Part shown: in pieces, positions 39,323 to 54,264 of the stretch | Layout: the number at the start of each line of letters is the position of its first letter | How positions within the stretch are numbered: position 1 is the first letter of the stretch | Position numbers and translations under genes: made by a program | Assembly: GCA_012295275.1 (NCBI GenBank) | Contig: CM022672.1 | Location: 18,786,001 to 18,850,000 of the forward strand | DNA length: 64,000 bases | Reading direction: 5' to 3' | Source of the DNA: Chrysomallon squamiferum | Lineage: Eukaryota > Animalia > Mollusca | Notes under the pieces: model-generated | Told to the model about the DNA's origin: nothing | The model's database searches: none | The model's input: the letters and a program-made list of their open reading frames with translations, nothing else

Positions 39323-40740
39323 AAAGCGGACGATGTATGTATGTATGTATGTGTTTATGTATGTATGTATGTATGTATGTATGTATGTGTGTGTGTTTGT
39401 GGTGTTTTATTTAAAAACTGGAGAAAAACTACGTAGATATATTACAAAATGAATTCTGCCCGGGATTGATATTTCATCTGGATCTCGTTTTCCTGAACTT
39501 TGAGATGAATTTCGGCGTATTTTCACTCACATCCATTTTTTATTCTTATCGAAAACTTTCCTTAAACCATGGTTCAAGTCTTGCGGTATTACGTATTACA
39601 TTAAACGCAGTATTATGAAAGCCGGGTATTTAATAACTCAGTACAAGTGTTCACGAGAAATTAAACAATTTAATTAAAGACGTCATCGCCTATGCCCAAA
39701 TACTTTCATCTGTAATTTTTACCAGTTACTACTTTATTGTCCACTGTACAAAAGTACCATTATCTTTTTTTTTTTGCGTAGGTATAACTGTTAACCTATT
39801 TAACTCCTGTAAAAGACCGTTTTATCGCTGTTAAATAATAGTGCATTTTGCTCATCTGTTGTCATATCACCGACTGCGTTATCATAAAGCTCTGCTCGAA
39901 TTCTCTTTGTTAAAACGTTCTGATGGCATTACGTACATATCTTGCTGATTAGGTTTATCCAGGGACACCCACCACTATTAACTAGATGAAAAGGTTCAGT
40001 GCGCAATTTATTTTTAAATTATAGTATGATGAAAATAAAATATGCTTATTCATATTTCTTCAATGCAAAATAAGAATACAGAAAACAAGTTTAGTTAATG
40101 TGTATAAAATAATCACTCTTCATTTTTTACAGTTATTATTCACGTGGTTCGAACCAATATTTATATGAAATGAAACGTTTCAGTTAATATTAACACACAC
40201 ACACACACACACACAACACACACACACACTTATATACAAACACACACACGTACGCACACATATATATATATACATAATTTTAATCTCAGTATCTTTTTTG
40301 ATGTTATAGAAAGTTTTTCGTTGTATTATTTTAATAATTTTGTTGTTTATTGGTTGTTTGTTTGTTTTTAATATCATTGTTACCCTGCAGCTATACTGAA
40401 GAAATGTTTTAACAGTAATATAATTCAGTGTTTTTCATTATATCTAGATATACATATATTTAAAATTTAAAGCTAAACATATGCTTGTAAGTAAATATGT
40501 ATGTATATGTATGTATGTATGTATGGATTTATGTATGTATTTATGTATGTATGTAGTATGTATGTATGCATGTATGTATGTATATATGTATATTTTGTTC
40601 GTTTAGTTGGGGTTTTATTTTTATTTATATTAAATACGTGTAATATTAAATACAAATATTAAATAAAAACAAACACATTCACTGTGTTATTTCTGTATAA
40701 GTCGTCAGTGTATTTCTAATATTTCAGTAAAGAAGAAAGA

Positions 40741-40984
40741 AGGACCTTGAAATAATGCGAGAGGCTACCCACTACCACAACACCATAAAGCTACTCTTTT
40801 ATGGTTAGCACAGCAAGGGAACTTAAAAGAGAGCCGCTCTTGTAGACAGGACAGTACATTCCACAGCCTATAGAGAACTGACTGGAACAAAAAAAAAAAA
40901 TAGTCCAGGAGTCCAAGGGAATCACGCGAAGACACCCAACCCACCAAGAGAAGATACTCTACCATTGAGCTTCGTGTCGTTCCC
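40741..40984 (-). mobile_element. SINE family A copy, degenerate
   Basis: Minus head gggaacgacacgaagctcaatggtagag; body gctactctttt..ttagca..caaggga..agacagga similar to the other copies. Confidence 0.6.
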
Positions 40985-42450
40985 TTACTTTATTGAACTG
41001 TGCCGGTTACACACAATACAGGTGAACGATATAACAAGATAAGATGTGATGTTTACAGATATGTCATCGTGTCAAATCAATCAACATTTTATTGCCGTTG
41101 GAATAGGTGCCGTTCTCTGGCAAGCAATACTTTATATATAACCATGGCGCTCTCGTGTTTGTTTTACCGCTATGATAATATTATGATTTCTTTCAGTCAT
41201 TTAAAAAACATAAATGTGCTTTCAGTCGTTCACAGATGCTGCCAGCGTATTACTGAAATGTTTCTCCGAAACCATAAAAAAAAAAAAAAAGAAGACAAGA
41301 ACAACAAAACAAATGAGATTTCGATTCTATTGTTGATCTATCGTGTTGGAATTGTTCATAAAGGGCAGTGAGCTTGTCAACACGGAACAGTTTTATAAGG
41401 ATAATTTAAACTAATGTCAATATTCTAGATGCTCATTATTCTCACCGCTTTAAAAATACAAATAAAAAATGAGAAAAAAAAAAACAACTAAAAACAGAAC
41501 TATAACTTTTATCTACGATTTAAATTCATTATTACGGGCAGACTAATTCAGTGGGCAAAGATTAGATTAACTGTTGTTAACATTTCTCCTTTTAATGTAT
41601 GTATGTATGTATGTATGTATGTATGTATGTATGTATGTATGTATGTATGTATGTATGTATATGTGTATAAATGTGTATGAATGTGTATGTATATGTATGC
41701 CTTTGACGAGACTCGCATATATGGTGTATGTATGTATGTACGTACGTTTATGTGAGTGTGTATGTATGTATATAAGAATGTATTTATGTATGAGTTTTAT
41801 TATATTAGACTTGATCACGTACAATGATATCGAGCACTTACTGAGATTTTATGTCTGTTTCACTTTAACATTACAAATATTTCATTTTAGCAGTTGAACA
41901 GTAGTCTTCATTATATATTCATCTGAAATTCGTACATGTCAACTGCCAATACAGAACTAATGCAACATGCACCGATTACCCCTACAATTATTACGCTTAA
42001 CATTCATTTTATGTCTCGCGTTTTTAAACTTGATTCAATGCAGACGTATATCTTGCATCTGTTTGTCAAAATCCTCTCATGTTATTTTTATTTTTATTTT
42101 TTTTTTTATTATTATTATTATTCAAACATTTGTCACCAAAAAATGGCTGAAAGTGACAAAACTGCAATTGGTGTGCATATTCTAATTCAAATAATTTTTT
42201 TTGTAAATACATAGATAGATAGAGAGACAGACTGACAGACAGACACAGATGGATGGATGGATGGATGGATGATATGTATATCTATATATTTAGGGATGAA
42301 TATTCTGTTGTTTCGAGTTCGTTTTATTAGATTCTGCATATAGTCAGTTTTCAGGAAAAGAACTGAATACACAGACAGATAAAAACAAAAATTAAAAATA
42401 TATTAGTTGCCGGCAATTACCGAGACAGCATTCGTATGTATGTAATGTAT

Positions 42451-42616
42451 TTTGGGATTTGAATAATCCCTGTCTTATGTACCTCTGATTAGACTTTGCA
42501 CTGGAACAAGTGGACAAACTCCAATCACGACCTCACCAACCCCGTCATACGCCACTGACGAGACTCGAACGCATGGCACCCATTCACCCGCTCTCCGTTA
42601 GGCCAACAAGACAACC
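42451..42616 (-). mobile_element. tRNA-derived SINE, family B, with intact Pol III boxes
   Basis: Minus strand A box TGGCCTAACGG (42595-42605) and B box GTTCGAGTC (42562-42570); body shared with 39152-39322 and 50078-50197; ends in an ACAT-type tail. Confidence 0.7.
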
Positions 42617-43547
42617 TAAATGAGTTGCTTAGTAACCGAGGGCAATCATTGCTTCCCACGAAGCACGGCCGTTGTTCGTTTTTCGTCTTTTTTTGCCTGC
42701 ATCTATTTTGATTCCAGTTTGCTCTGATCTTAAAGCTTGTGAAAAACAACAGTAAATGTGGCAGAACGTAACAATAAAATATCGTCTAATGTTTTTTTAG
42801 AGTATTTTTCTAAAATGAGCGATGTTTCCCATGAATTCGATTCTTCTAGAATGACACAAGAATTTGTCATCTTCTCTACTGATATTCACAAATGATTGTT
42901 TTATGTAGCTAGTTATGTAGTTAGTTAATTTGCTTAAATACTCACGTTTTCTCTTTCTGCCAGTCCACCGGTGGAAACCATGATCATGTCATTCACATCT
43001 GTGCATGTATAGAATAAATCGAAATCGAGAGATAATTTTGTGTTAGATAAAAAAAAAAAAAAAACATATATATATATGTGTGTGTATATATATATACATA
43101 TATACACACACATATATATATTTCCATTATCTGGGGTAAAAACCCCAAAGAAAAGAAAAAAACACCAGAAACCACGTTCGTTTTGTTTTAATTTTACAGT
43201 GTGCTAAATTCTGTTGTTTCCACACAAATTTCGAAGCTTATGAATTTTACTGTAGGAATGTTGTGCTTCTATATTTAGCAGTTTGTTCATATATGTGTGT
43301 GTACATGTATGCGTCTATTTACCTATCTATATGTATCTAGTACGTATAACTACACTGTTGTTGTTTTTATTTGAAATCTAACAACGCAACGAATTACAAG
43401 TACACCTAGACATAAAATTACTATGAAATCACGCAGATGAAATATATACATATACATATATACATATATCAATAACATACAAACAAACAAATATATGTCC
43501 ATCTATTAACCCTATAACATATATTTAGGAGTATTAGGTGCATCTTT

Positions 43548-43629
<82 letters not shown>

Positions 43630-44396
43630 GTATGTATGTAAGTATGTATGTATATGTGTGTGTGTGTGTATATAGATATATATATATAGATAGATAGATA
43701 GATAGATATTCTTGCATTGATAAATATCGTCTATTTGAAAATCAGATCATTGTAATCTATACAAACAACAGTGTACATTATTTGAATTGCATAATTAGAT
43801 AGCAAACTTTTAAAAACAAACAAAAAATTCTCACTCCGTTTGAAATAATTTTTAGATATAACTGGTCCGCTGTTGCTTTTTCGAATACTACATTTACTAC
43901 TACTTCTATACTGCTAACTGCTGTTGCTGCTTCTACTGATACTACAGGATTTCGTCATTTCAGTAATACACCTAAAGTTATATATTACAATACAGAGTTC
44001 GCTGTCAGCATGCATAAAACGTACAACTTGAAATGTTGTTATTGATTTGAATAATTCATAAATTTATAAAAATAAATAATAATATCACGAATTTTTTTTT
44101 TTCTGCCCGACTTTCATTATTATCCACAAATGACAAAAAATAATAATAATAATAATTATTATTATTATTAAAGGAATTTAATAGCAATTCCTAGTTTGGT
44201 GAAATTTGTCTCGTTTTATGAAGAACATTCAACGTCGTGTCTTTTCTTCATAAATATAAAATGTAGATTTCGCAATCGCCTGTTAACAAATGATTATTAT
44301 TATTATTATTATTATTATTACTGTCATGTATGGAATAAATTTCAACAGCTGTCAAAAGTTTATTTCACAGACAAATGTTAAATTATATATTATTCA

Positions 44397-44635
44397 GGAG
44401 CGAGACCTAGCTCACTGGCAAAAGCGTTGTTTCGAGGGCCTTGTTGGATCGATTCCTCTTCGTGGACCCACCGAACAATTTCTCGTACCAACCAGTGATC
44501 CGTAATTGTTGTACCAAAGTCCGCGACGTGTGCTGGCTGTAAAAGAAGACTTTGCTGCTGGCTGGGAAAGAGTAACTCTTGAAGTGGTAGCAGCGAGATT
44601 TCTCGTTCGTTATCTGAGAGGTACTAAACCCACAT
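44397..44635 (+). mobile_element. tRNA-derived SINE, family A
   Basis: A box TAGCTCACTGG (44408-44418) and B-box-like GGATCGATTCC (44446-44456); body (ttgctgct..aaagagtaac..gtgg..cagcg) similar to minus-strand copies at ~1.1, 2.8, 17.4 and 40.8 kb. Confidence 0.7.
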
Positions 44636-44778
44636 TTCTGAGATAAAATATTTTCTTTCGTCTTTTTATATGTAAATGATAAAACAATGACATATTCAAC
44701 CGGAGTAAACAAAAAATTAAAATTAAAAATTAAAAAAAAAAAAAAAATTTTACATTTGTTGTTGTTGTTTTTCTTTTC

Positions 44779-44822
<44 letters not shown>

Positions 44823-45573
44823 TTTTTTTTTTTTCTTCTTTTTGTTTTTTTTTAGTATCAGGTTAACATTCATTTTGATGGAAGAAAAGTGACAAGGGAA
44901 ACAACTCATGTTGCAAAACAAATAAACTGAATGGAATTATCTCCGAAGCTGCTGATGCGTTGAGCTGTTTCTTTGGATTGTTCAGTATTTATTGTTGTTG
45001 CTGCTGTTGCTGCCGTTGCTTCTGCTGTTTTTGTAAAGTTTGTTCTTCTTCTTCTGATTTCTCGACTGTGAAGCTGAGGATATATTTTTAATAGTTCTTT
45101 CTCATATGTCTGAATAAAATAAAATCTCTTATTTTTTATAACGAAAATTAATTACTGATTTCATACATGGATTTCGGGTTTTATGTGTATGTGTGTGTTT
45201 GTGTGTCTGTGTATGTATGTGTGTGCATGTGTGTGTGTGTGTATCTGCGTTTGATTGTGTGTCTGTGTGTCTTTATGTGAAAGTGTGTTTGTCTAAATGT
45301 GTATATAAGTGTGATGTACGTGTACTTTGATTTTTAAAAGGACATGAATAACAAGATATTTCTGCTTACAAAAAGAACTCTTGCTGATAATCGATATGGG
45401 TGGAGTCATCGTTAAACAGGTGAATGGTTCATCCAACATAATTGAAAATATTTGTTGGGAGTGGGAAGGGTGTGAATAAACCAACACTGAAATTAAAATG
45501 AAAATTAAAATGATCAAAACATACGTAAATTTAGTCCCTGGGAAAATACACATATCTTTTCTTTCTTTTTTTT

Positions 45574-45604
<31 letters not shown>

Positions 45605-46371
45605 GGTTCTACGATCAATGATAACAAAATGGTTTAAAAAGCACTGGGGAAGAATATAACAGGTAAATGATGGCAACAGCGTCCTTACTTATTTATCATT
45701 ATACATGACAAGTATTAAATAACAGAAAGTATTATGTTTCCAGTTGTTGGTTACATAGATAATTACAATTTCGTCACGGTGATACATGAAATTTTTATAC
45801 AAATAATTAAAATGACTAGTTACCTGTCAGTTCACTGACTCAAACACACATTTATAATCGATCGTATTTAGGTTCATATTTCAGACGTCACAGGGGTTGT
45901 TTGGAGGTGTTTTTTTGGGGTGGAGAACTGCTTGGGGTTTTTCGTGGGGGTTTTGTTGTTATTGTTGTTGTCTTTTCTTGTTGTATTTTTTATTTTTTTT
46001 TATTATTATTTTTTTTGTTTTGAATTTTTTTTCTTGTTGTTTTGAGTGTATTTTCTTTGTTTGTTGTTGTGGGTTTTTATTGGTTTTTTGGTGGGTTTTT
46101 TTTTTGAGGGGCGTATTATTATTTTTGATTGTTTTTCTTTCTTCTTTCTTTGCTGTATTATGATTGTTATTATTAGTGTTGTTGTTATCTTTTTAGGGAG
46201 AATATTGAGGGGTTGTTGACAGTGGTTATCATTTTAATTTATTTCGTGTTTATTTCTGTTTTCGAAAGGGAGCGTGTCATTTTATTTTGTTTTCTTTTTT
46301 TCTTTTTTTATTTTTTTTTTTATGTCAAAAACTAATTCATTTATCTGTTGTTTTTTCATCTCTATTTATTT

Positions 46372-46402
<31 letters not shown>

Positions 46403-46902
46403 GGGAATATGTAATTCCCTTTTAGTTTCGATGCGTATATTTCTTTTATATTTACGTGATATATCATTCAGTTTTCATCTTTTTCCTTAATCCCAGCTAT
46501 TGTGTCACAAACACAAAGACTGCTGTCATGATGATATATCTGATTTTATTAACCATTTCGATACGATAAAACAAAGATGTTTTGTCAAATTACTGACTGA
46601 CTGACTTATATTCACAAGATAATTTAAGTTTTTAAAATAATTAAATGTTTTACAATATTTGCGATGATAATGATAATACAAGATTATTAATTTAATTTTA
46701 TTTTGTTTGGTATATAAGTTCATGAGTTTTATTCTTTATTTTATTGCTACAGTTTGTAGCGAATGTCTACATGATCATGGTCATAAGCGAAAAAATCATT
46801 CGAAATTTACAAATGAGTACTTTTTATTTCAGTTAAAATTTGAATTACTACTTGATCTGCAAGTCCAATAACCATATATATCCATATCATGTCAAAGGCT
46901 TT

Positions 46903-47027
<125 letters not shown>

Positions 47028-47397
47028 GAGAGAAAGAGAAAGAGAGAGATGTAAAGCAGACGTCAGAAACGTTACACAAATAGAATTAGCTGAGGGTGTG
47101 TCAATGGGTAAACAGATACTCTAACAAGAATTACTCATACGTATGCGTGTGCTATTAATAGGTTTTATGCGTGCACATAAATTAAGATTATATTTTTGAA
47201 ACTCAGTAAACATGTCTTTGTGCTTGGGGTTCATGAAATCTTTTCTTTGGCTTGAATGAAACTACAAACTGGTTTGGGTATGTTGTCTGTGTACACTAAA
47301 ACAAATGACATCACTCCTGTGTTCTGTTTACTTAGATTTATTTTTATTTTATTTTTTTTTATTAAATCTTTTGTGTATTTCCACAAATTTTCTTTTT

Positions 47398-47433
<36 letters not shown>

Positions 47434-47559
47434 CTTTATTACTTAAATTTCTTCTTTTTTTTCTTTTCTAATCTGAAATGAAGGAAGGTGGCTTATTGTG
47501 ATTCCATGTCAGTCAATTAATGAATTCTGATGTTTCCCTGCGCAAGTTAATCCTTTTTC

Positions 47560-47830
47560 ATAGCGAGATCCTTTCAATATGCACCACGTGTTGTTGACGT
47601 GTATGTTCTTTCACTGTCGCGTTATTAACTTTTTAATGGCGTTATAATTTGTTTACGTAAATGTAAATAGTTTTCGTTTTGTGCTGCTGCTGTTTTCTTT
47701 ATCAGTATTCTTAGGTTGATAAATCTTTATTTTTTATTTTTTATTTTTTATTTCGTCGTCTAGGTGTTTTTCCGTAATTATTACTGTTATTATTATCATC
47801 ATGATCATCTTCATTATTATTATTATTATT
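47560..47830 (+). repeat. Diverged ~260-bp dispersed duplication, copy 1
   Basis: ttcaatatgcacca(c/t)gtgttgttgac..gtgctgctgctgttttcttt..tgataaatctttatt..tttcgtcgtct shared with 54863-55100; both copies run into ATT/ATC tracts. Confidence 0.85.
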
Positions 47831-47866
47831 ATTATTAATGTTGTTGTTATTATTAATATTTTATTA

Positions 47867-47922
<56 letters not shown>

Positions 47923-48179
47923 GTTGTTGTTGTTGTTATTATTATTATTATTGTTGTTGTGGTTGTTATTATTATTATTATTTATAATAATTATTATTAT
48001 TATTATCGTTATCATTATTATTATTTGTACTTTCTTGGACGTGCTCTACATTTTTACTTTATTTTAATTTTTTATTTTTTATTTAATTTTATTTTTATTT
48101 TCTCTTTATTTTTATGTTTTTAAATATATATTTTTTCTAAATACGTCTCTTTATTATTTTTTTATATTATTATTATTAC

Positions 48180-48219
<40 letters not shown>

Positions 48220-48521
48220 TTTTTATTATTATTTTATTTTATATACTTTATCCTTTTTTTAATGTAACAGTTTTTACATCTTTGCCAGCATTATTATACG
48301 TTACATTTGCCAGCGGCAGTGAGTTTGTTTCATTCAGTTTTATTTTCTTACTCTTCTTGTGAGGGAGTGTGGTAAATTTATGGGGGGGGGGTATTTATTG
48401 TTGACAGAGGAAAACGTATAACAAAGGACATAGAAATCAATTTATATGTATTTGTTTTTCTGTCTCTCTACTTTTAGTCTTTTCTTTTTCCATCTCTCTT
48501 TTTCTATTTCTTTCATTTTTT

Positions 48522-48581
<60 letters not shown>

Positions 48582-48826
48582 GTATGTGTGTGTGTGTGTG
48601 TGTGAAATATTTCACGAAAAAGACAGAGTAAGAGCCACAGGTTTATGAAAACTGAATCAACAAACGTCTTGGTGTGGGTTAAAGCATCGTTAATTTAATG
48701 TTAAAATATTCTATACGAGACAGAACTTCTGCGTGCATAGATGAAGTTTAACCATGCAAAATGTCTAGTGATGAATAAAAATAAAAAAATTCTTATGGAA
48801 ATTTTGACATGCCGCGTCCAACAAAC

Positions 48827-48861
<35 letters not shown>

Positions 48862-49770
48862 AATATTTTTAAAGATATTCATTACAACATTAATAAATTA
48901 AAAAATAAACTGAACAAATATATAATTGTACTGTGTAAAATAAAAAAATTTAAATTAATAACAAAATTTAAATAATTATATTAAATGAAATAAAACTGTA
49001 AATAATTATATAAAATAAATAAAAATGTAAATATATTCTATGAAAATAAAAAATAATAATATTTATAAAACGACATAATACAACAAATAAAATAAAAGAA
49101 CCAAAAAGAAGCAAAAATGAAAAAATATTGCAATAAATAAACAGAAGTTTAGAAAAATTAAAATAAAAACTGAAATTAAAATAGATACCAACTCAAACAA
49201 ATAAAACAAATATATGAACATTCGACTCTCAAACAAGTCGAGCAAACAAATAATAAATGAAAGGAATACTAATTTACGAAGATAAACAAAAAAAAAAAAA
49301 ATAAACAAATAAATAATCATATAATAATAATAATTATAATAATAATAAGAAGAAGAAGAAATACACAAAATAAAAAAATATATATATATATATATTTAAT
49401 AAAAACAAAATATTAATAATAAAAAAAAAAAAAATGAATTCTAAAAAAAGAAGAAGAAAATATTTCAAAAACTCATATCAACACAATAAAAATAACCGAA
49501 CGAAACGCAGCTGACAAAAGATTAAAAAAAAAGTAAAAACTTCAGCGACAAAACTTCAGCACGAAAACCAAACAGATCAGTAAACGTTTAGCGAGAGTAA
49601 ATTCTGAACAGAATCGGTGTACAGTATTTTCACAGTATTGTCACGAATGCCTGTAATAAAATAACATTGATGTCCATCTCTCACTGCCTGAATCCTCACC
49701 AAGAGTTCCGCATTGTGTAAGGTACACATACCTATAGGTCACTGTAGATACTTGGGTGTGTATGTATATA

Positions 49771-50025
49771 CAGTGGCGTGCAGAGGTCTGGTGATATCCA
49801 GGGCCAACTCCTTGATTGTTTGTCCCATAGATTCAAGTATAAGGCCTTAGTACTGAGAAATATTACGAGAAAGGAAGATATTTTCAATATGTAAACACAG
49901 ATGAAATATAAAATAAACACTTTATTCGATTTAGATATAAATTATTTTCTCTGATTGGATCGCCCGCCCCTATTTGGACGCCCGGGACCACTGCTCCTTG
50001 GGGCACCCCCTCATCACAGCAGTTT
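49771..50025 (+). mobile_element. hAT-like MITE, degenerate
   Basis: Starts CAGTGGCGTGCAGAGG, has GC-rich subterminal blocks at both ends (gggccaactc / gcccgggacc..gcaccccctc) and an AT-rich core; right TIR only partly matches. Confidence 0.45.
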
Positions 50026-50077
50026 GTATGTAGAAAGGTAAGAACACACGTTTGTATTGTATGTGTGTGTATATGTA

Positions 50078-50197
50078 TTTTAGGATTTGAATATTCTCTG
50101 TCTTATGTACGTCTGGTTAGACTCTGCTCATAGAAAATATTTGGAAACGCACTGGCGCAGGAGGACAAAATCCAGTCACGACCTCACAAACCCCGTC
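50078..50197 (-). mobile_element. SINE family B copy, 5'-truncated
   Basis: Closely matches 39152-39270; lacks the tRNA head. Confidence 0.7.
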
Positions 50198-51248
50198 TAA
50201 CATATCTATGTATGTATGTGTATAAATGTATCTATGTATACGTGTATGTGCGTGCGTATGTGTGTTGTTTGTGTTTGTGTATGTATATGTACGTATATGT
50301 GTACGTATATGTGTAAATAAATGTGTACGTATAATGTAAATAAATGTGTAGGTTTATATTTCGTTCTGCGTTTTCTCAAAATTTTAAAGTGGTGACTTGC
50401 GTCACTTTGACGTAACAAAGCTGTACAGTCATTTGCGATCAGACGTGTTTTGTGCAGTAAACAGACGTTTTTGCTACGATTCTTATAAATAAAAAATTGA
50501 AAAAAAAGATAAATTGGCATCATATTACACCATGGGGCAGCAACACAATGAAAATTAGTATCAGTTTGCTTGTACTTCGCGTTGTACTGCTGTACGTTTT
50601 CACTCCATTTAACATCATCACGTTCTCTATTTTTTAATGGTTTGGGTGTAGTCTTCTTTTCTTTACTTTTTTTTTTGTTATTATTATGCTTCTTTTTTTC
50701 TTTTTTTATTGCATTTCCTTTTTTTTTATTGCTTTTTTACTGTATGAAGGCTTTTATCTTTTTTATGAACATATACATGAAACATCTGTATACTAAAAAA
50801 TATAAATACATATACATACATACATACATACATACATACATACATACATACATACATACATACATACATGCGTACATGCGTGAATGAAGGGAAGAGAGAG
50901 TAAGAGAGAGAATGAAAGAAGAACATAAAGCTGTATATATTCAATTATATTTTTATCTTTATTGGTTCTGTGTGTTTTTGTACGTTGTTTTTAATTCATT
51001 TGTTGGATCTGCTATACAAATGTATTGTGTATACTAATATTTTATTTTATAATTAATATTTTTCTTGTTGTTTATTATTGTTTTTGTGAGACGCAGCATA
51101 GAAAGATAAATATTTTATTTCGCTTGACATTTTACACAGCTAAACTTCGTCACAACACACAAAGTTTCTGACCCAAGTAGAATATTTTAACACTGAACAC
51201 TAAAAGTCATACCTGCAATAAAATTTAAAGAATTCAGTTTTCATAAGC

Positions 51249-51366
<118 letters not shown>

Positions 51367-52689
51367 CATGAAATTCCGTTTTTAAGTGTATATGATATCA
51401 TTCTCTGATCATTTTTTCGTCATTAAAATAACAATGTGAAGATTCGAATGGACTTCTTGTGATTTTATTTTAAAAAGTATAGCAAATTTGAATAGATCTG
51501 CAAATGTAGTTATTTCATTAAATACTAAAACATATGATTAAAATATACATAAATAAATAAATAAATAAATAAATAATAAAATTAAATTAAAAAAAATAAA
51601 ATGAATAAATAGAGTAGAATAAAAGATAAACTACTTTAATCAGGAAATACAAGTATGTAGTAACAGAAACAGTTAATCCAGCAATGGTATTTTAAAATTA
51701 AAAATATATATTTATAAAAAAAACAAATAGTAGATTAATTACCCCAATTACGATACATCACGTGTTTCAAATACCATGAGCCTTTAATCAACATGTCTCC
51801 CAATGCTACAATTTTTATTACGTGTTTGTTTTGTAGAGTTTTTTTTTTTTTTTTTTAGGTATCACCACCCTACATACCTACTGTCTGGTGTCTGTAATGC
51901 TATGAATTTATTTCTGTAGACTTACACGAAATGAGCTGTAGTATCATGGAAATAGCCACCTCTGCTGCTTAATTTTGCATACCACCCACATTATTTGATT
52001 CAGTACAATCACACCATTTGTTTCGTGACTGGTTATAAAACTGGACCCGTTTTTATGACGAAGCCAGCTGCGACATATTACATATATATATATATACCTC
52101 TACCTATATCTACACTACTACTACTTTATTTTCATAATAATGATGATTGTGATATATGACTAACCAGACATCAACGTCAGTGTCATAAAAAAATCAAAAA
52201 TAAAAGAAGGAACAAAAAAAATCAAAAAACATGTTAAATATGATTTATTACATTTCCTTCAAAGGTAAAACGAACGAGACAGAAATGAAATGTTACTTTT
52301 TTTTTTTTTTTTTTTTATGGGTGTTACTTTAAGAAAAGCGAATAGCCTGAAGACGGCGGCTGTTTATATCTGTACGTCTCAAACGACAATAATGCGACTT
52401 TTATTTCAGAAAAAGATAAAACGTAACAGTTTTTTATTATTATTATTATTATATATTTTTTTTTTTTTAAACCAAGCCTACGTTCTCTTTTCATTTTCAT
52501 TGATGACAAACAAACAGGTCTCAGCTGGACGTTCCAAGCTTTAATCCTTCTTGCCAAGTCATACCCTTATGTGTGAATGTCCATAGACGTTGATCTTTTG
52601 TGTTGTAATGGTATAAAAAATATATTAAAAGTATTGGAGTCTTTATGCTTCAGTGTACACAATTTAGGTTAATTTTTACCGAGTGCAGG

Positions 52690-53260
52690 CAGAGCATGAT
52701 AATTTCAATAACTGTGTTATTTTCGGAGTGCAAACAAGTCGGTGCCAATTTATAATTCTGTTTTGGAACATACCAATGTCAATACCAATTATTTTGTTGT
52801 TCCGGACCGTTTTTATGTTAATATTAAGCTACAGATATGTTAATACTCATTATTTTTGTTTTTATCCGCAACATTCATATATTTATATTAATTATTCTGT
52901 TGTTATGGAACATATATATTAATATTAATTTCTGTCTTGTTGCGGAACATGTATGTGTTAATACTAATTATTGTGATTTTTTTTACGGAATATATAATGA
53001 TACTAATTATTCTGTTATTACGGAACATTTATATGTTATATTATTTTAATTATTCTACTGTTACGAAACATATAAGTTGATGCGTTTTTACGGAACATAC
53101 AAGTTAATATTTATTATTTTATGTTTATAGAACATTTATACGTAAAAAGTAATAATTGTGTTATTCCGGAACATTTTTATGTTAATATTAATTATTCTAC
53201 TGCTGCTCAGCATATATGTTAATACTAATTACTGTGGTATTAATACTAATTACAGTGGGT
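52690..53260. repeat. Degenerate ~35-40-bp minisatellite
   Basis: Recurrent tgttaatactaattattctgttattacggaacat-like unit. Confidence 0.8.
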
Positions 53261-54264
53261 ATTTATTATTGTTATTATTATTATTAAGGTAAAGTGAGGG
53301 GGAAAGCAGGCGAATTCGGTTGAAGCCGTGACTTGACATAAGTCGTATTAACCTGCCACAACGAGGGAATAATTTGTAATTTTATTTATTTATTAATTTA
53401 TTTTATTTTATTTTATTTTATTTTATATTATTTTATTTTAATTTTTTTTTTTATTATTACATTTTTTTTTTTTTTTTTATATATTTATTTTATTTTGTAT
53501 ATTTTGTATATTTTGTATTATTTATTTATTTATTTAACTTTAAAACAGCAACCATTCGCATTGCACACAGACCGCTTTGCCTCTAATCGTAACACCATAA
53601 AACTGTAAAGTCAAAATATGACGAGCAGGGAGTGCATCGACAAATAAATATTAATTTTTTTTTTTTTGTACGAACTTTTCAAGCAGTCGGTTCACAAACA
53701 AATACGTACGGGAGTGTACAGACTTTGGATCTGTCCTCAGGATGAGCGTGTTCGATTAGCGCAGTGATAACCCACTGGCGTCGTTATGTCAATGTTTACA
53801 TTCACGTTGTTGAGCCGCCCATTTCACTTACACAAATGAGTTACCGCTGAATAATAATAGCTACGTCTGAACATATTTCATGACGAGTGACATACAGACA
53901 AAACTGATGATATTCAATCACACAACAAATCTGGTAAAAGGAGGGTTCCATTAATTCAGAAAGAGGAGGTGCAGTCATCACAGATGACTTGTGTCGATAT
54001 TTAGCAGTTATTTGGGGTGGGATTTTATTAAAATACTTTAAAAGTTTAACTTACCTGTAAAATAAAAACAATTTTTTTTATAATTTTCCATGAATAGTTT
54101 ACACGAGACGTTTTTTAAGATTGGTTGAGCTTCAATTTTCAAATTAAAGGAGGAATCATCTCACCTTTTGTTATATATTACTGAAGCAGTCAAAGATAGC
54201 AAATGATGAAACAAAGGTGATTTCAGTCTAGTTTATTTTCCAAAGACCAACAATGGACTAACAT

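Noticed and set aside
42540-42616. tRNA gene (also tRNA-like heads at ~2184-2265, 44397-44460 and 63033-63060)
   Set aside because: A/B boxes are present but I could not fold a cloverleaf; the clearer cases continue into SINE bodies.
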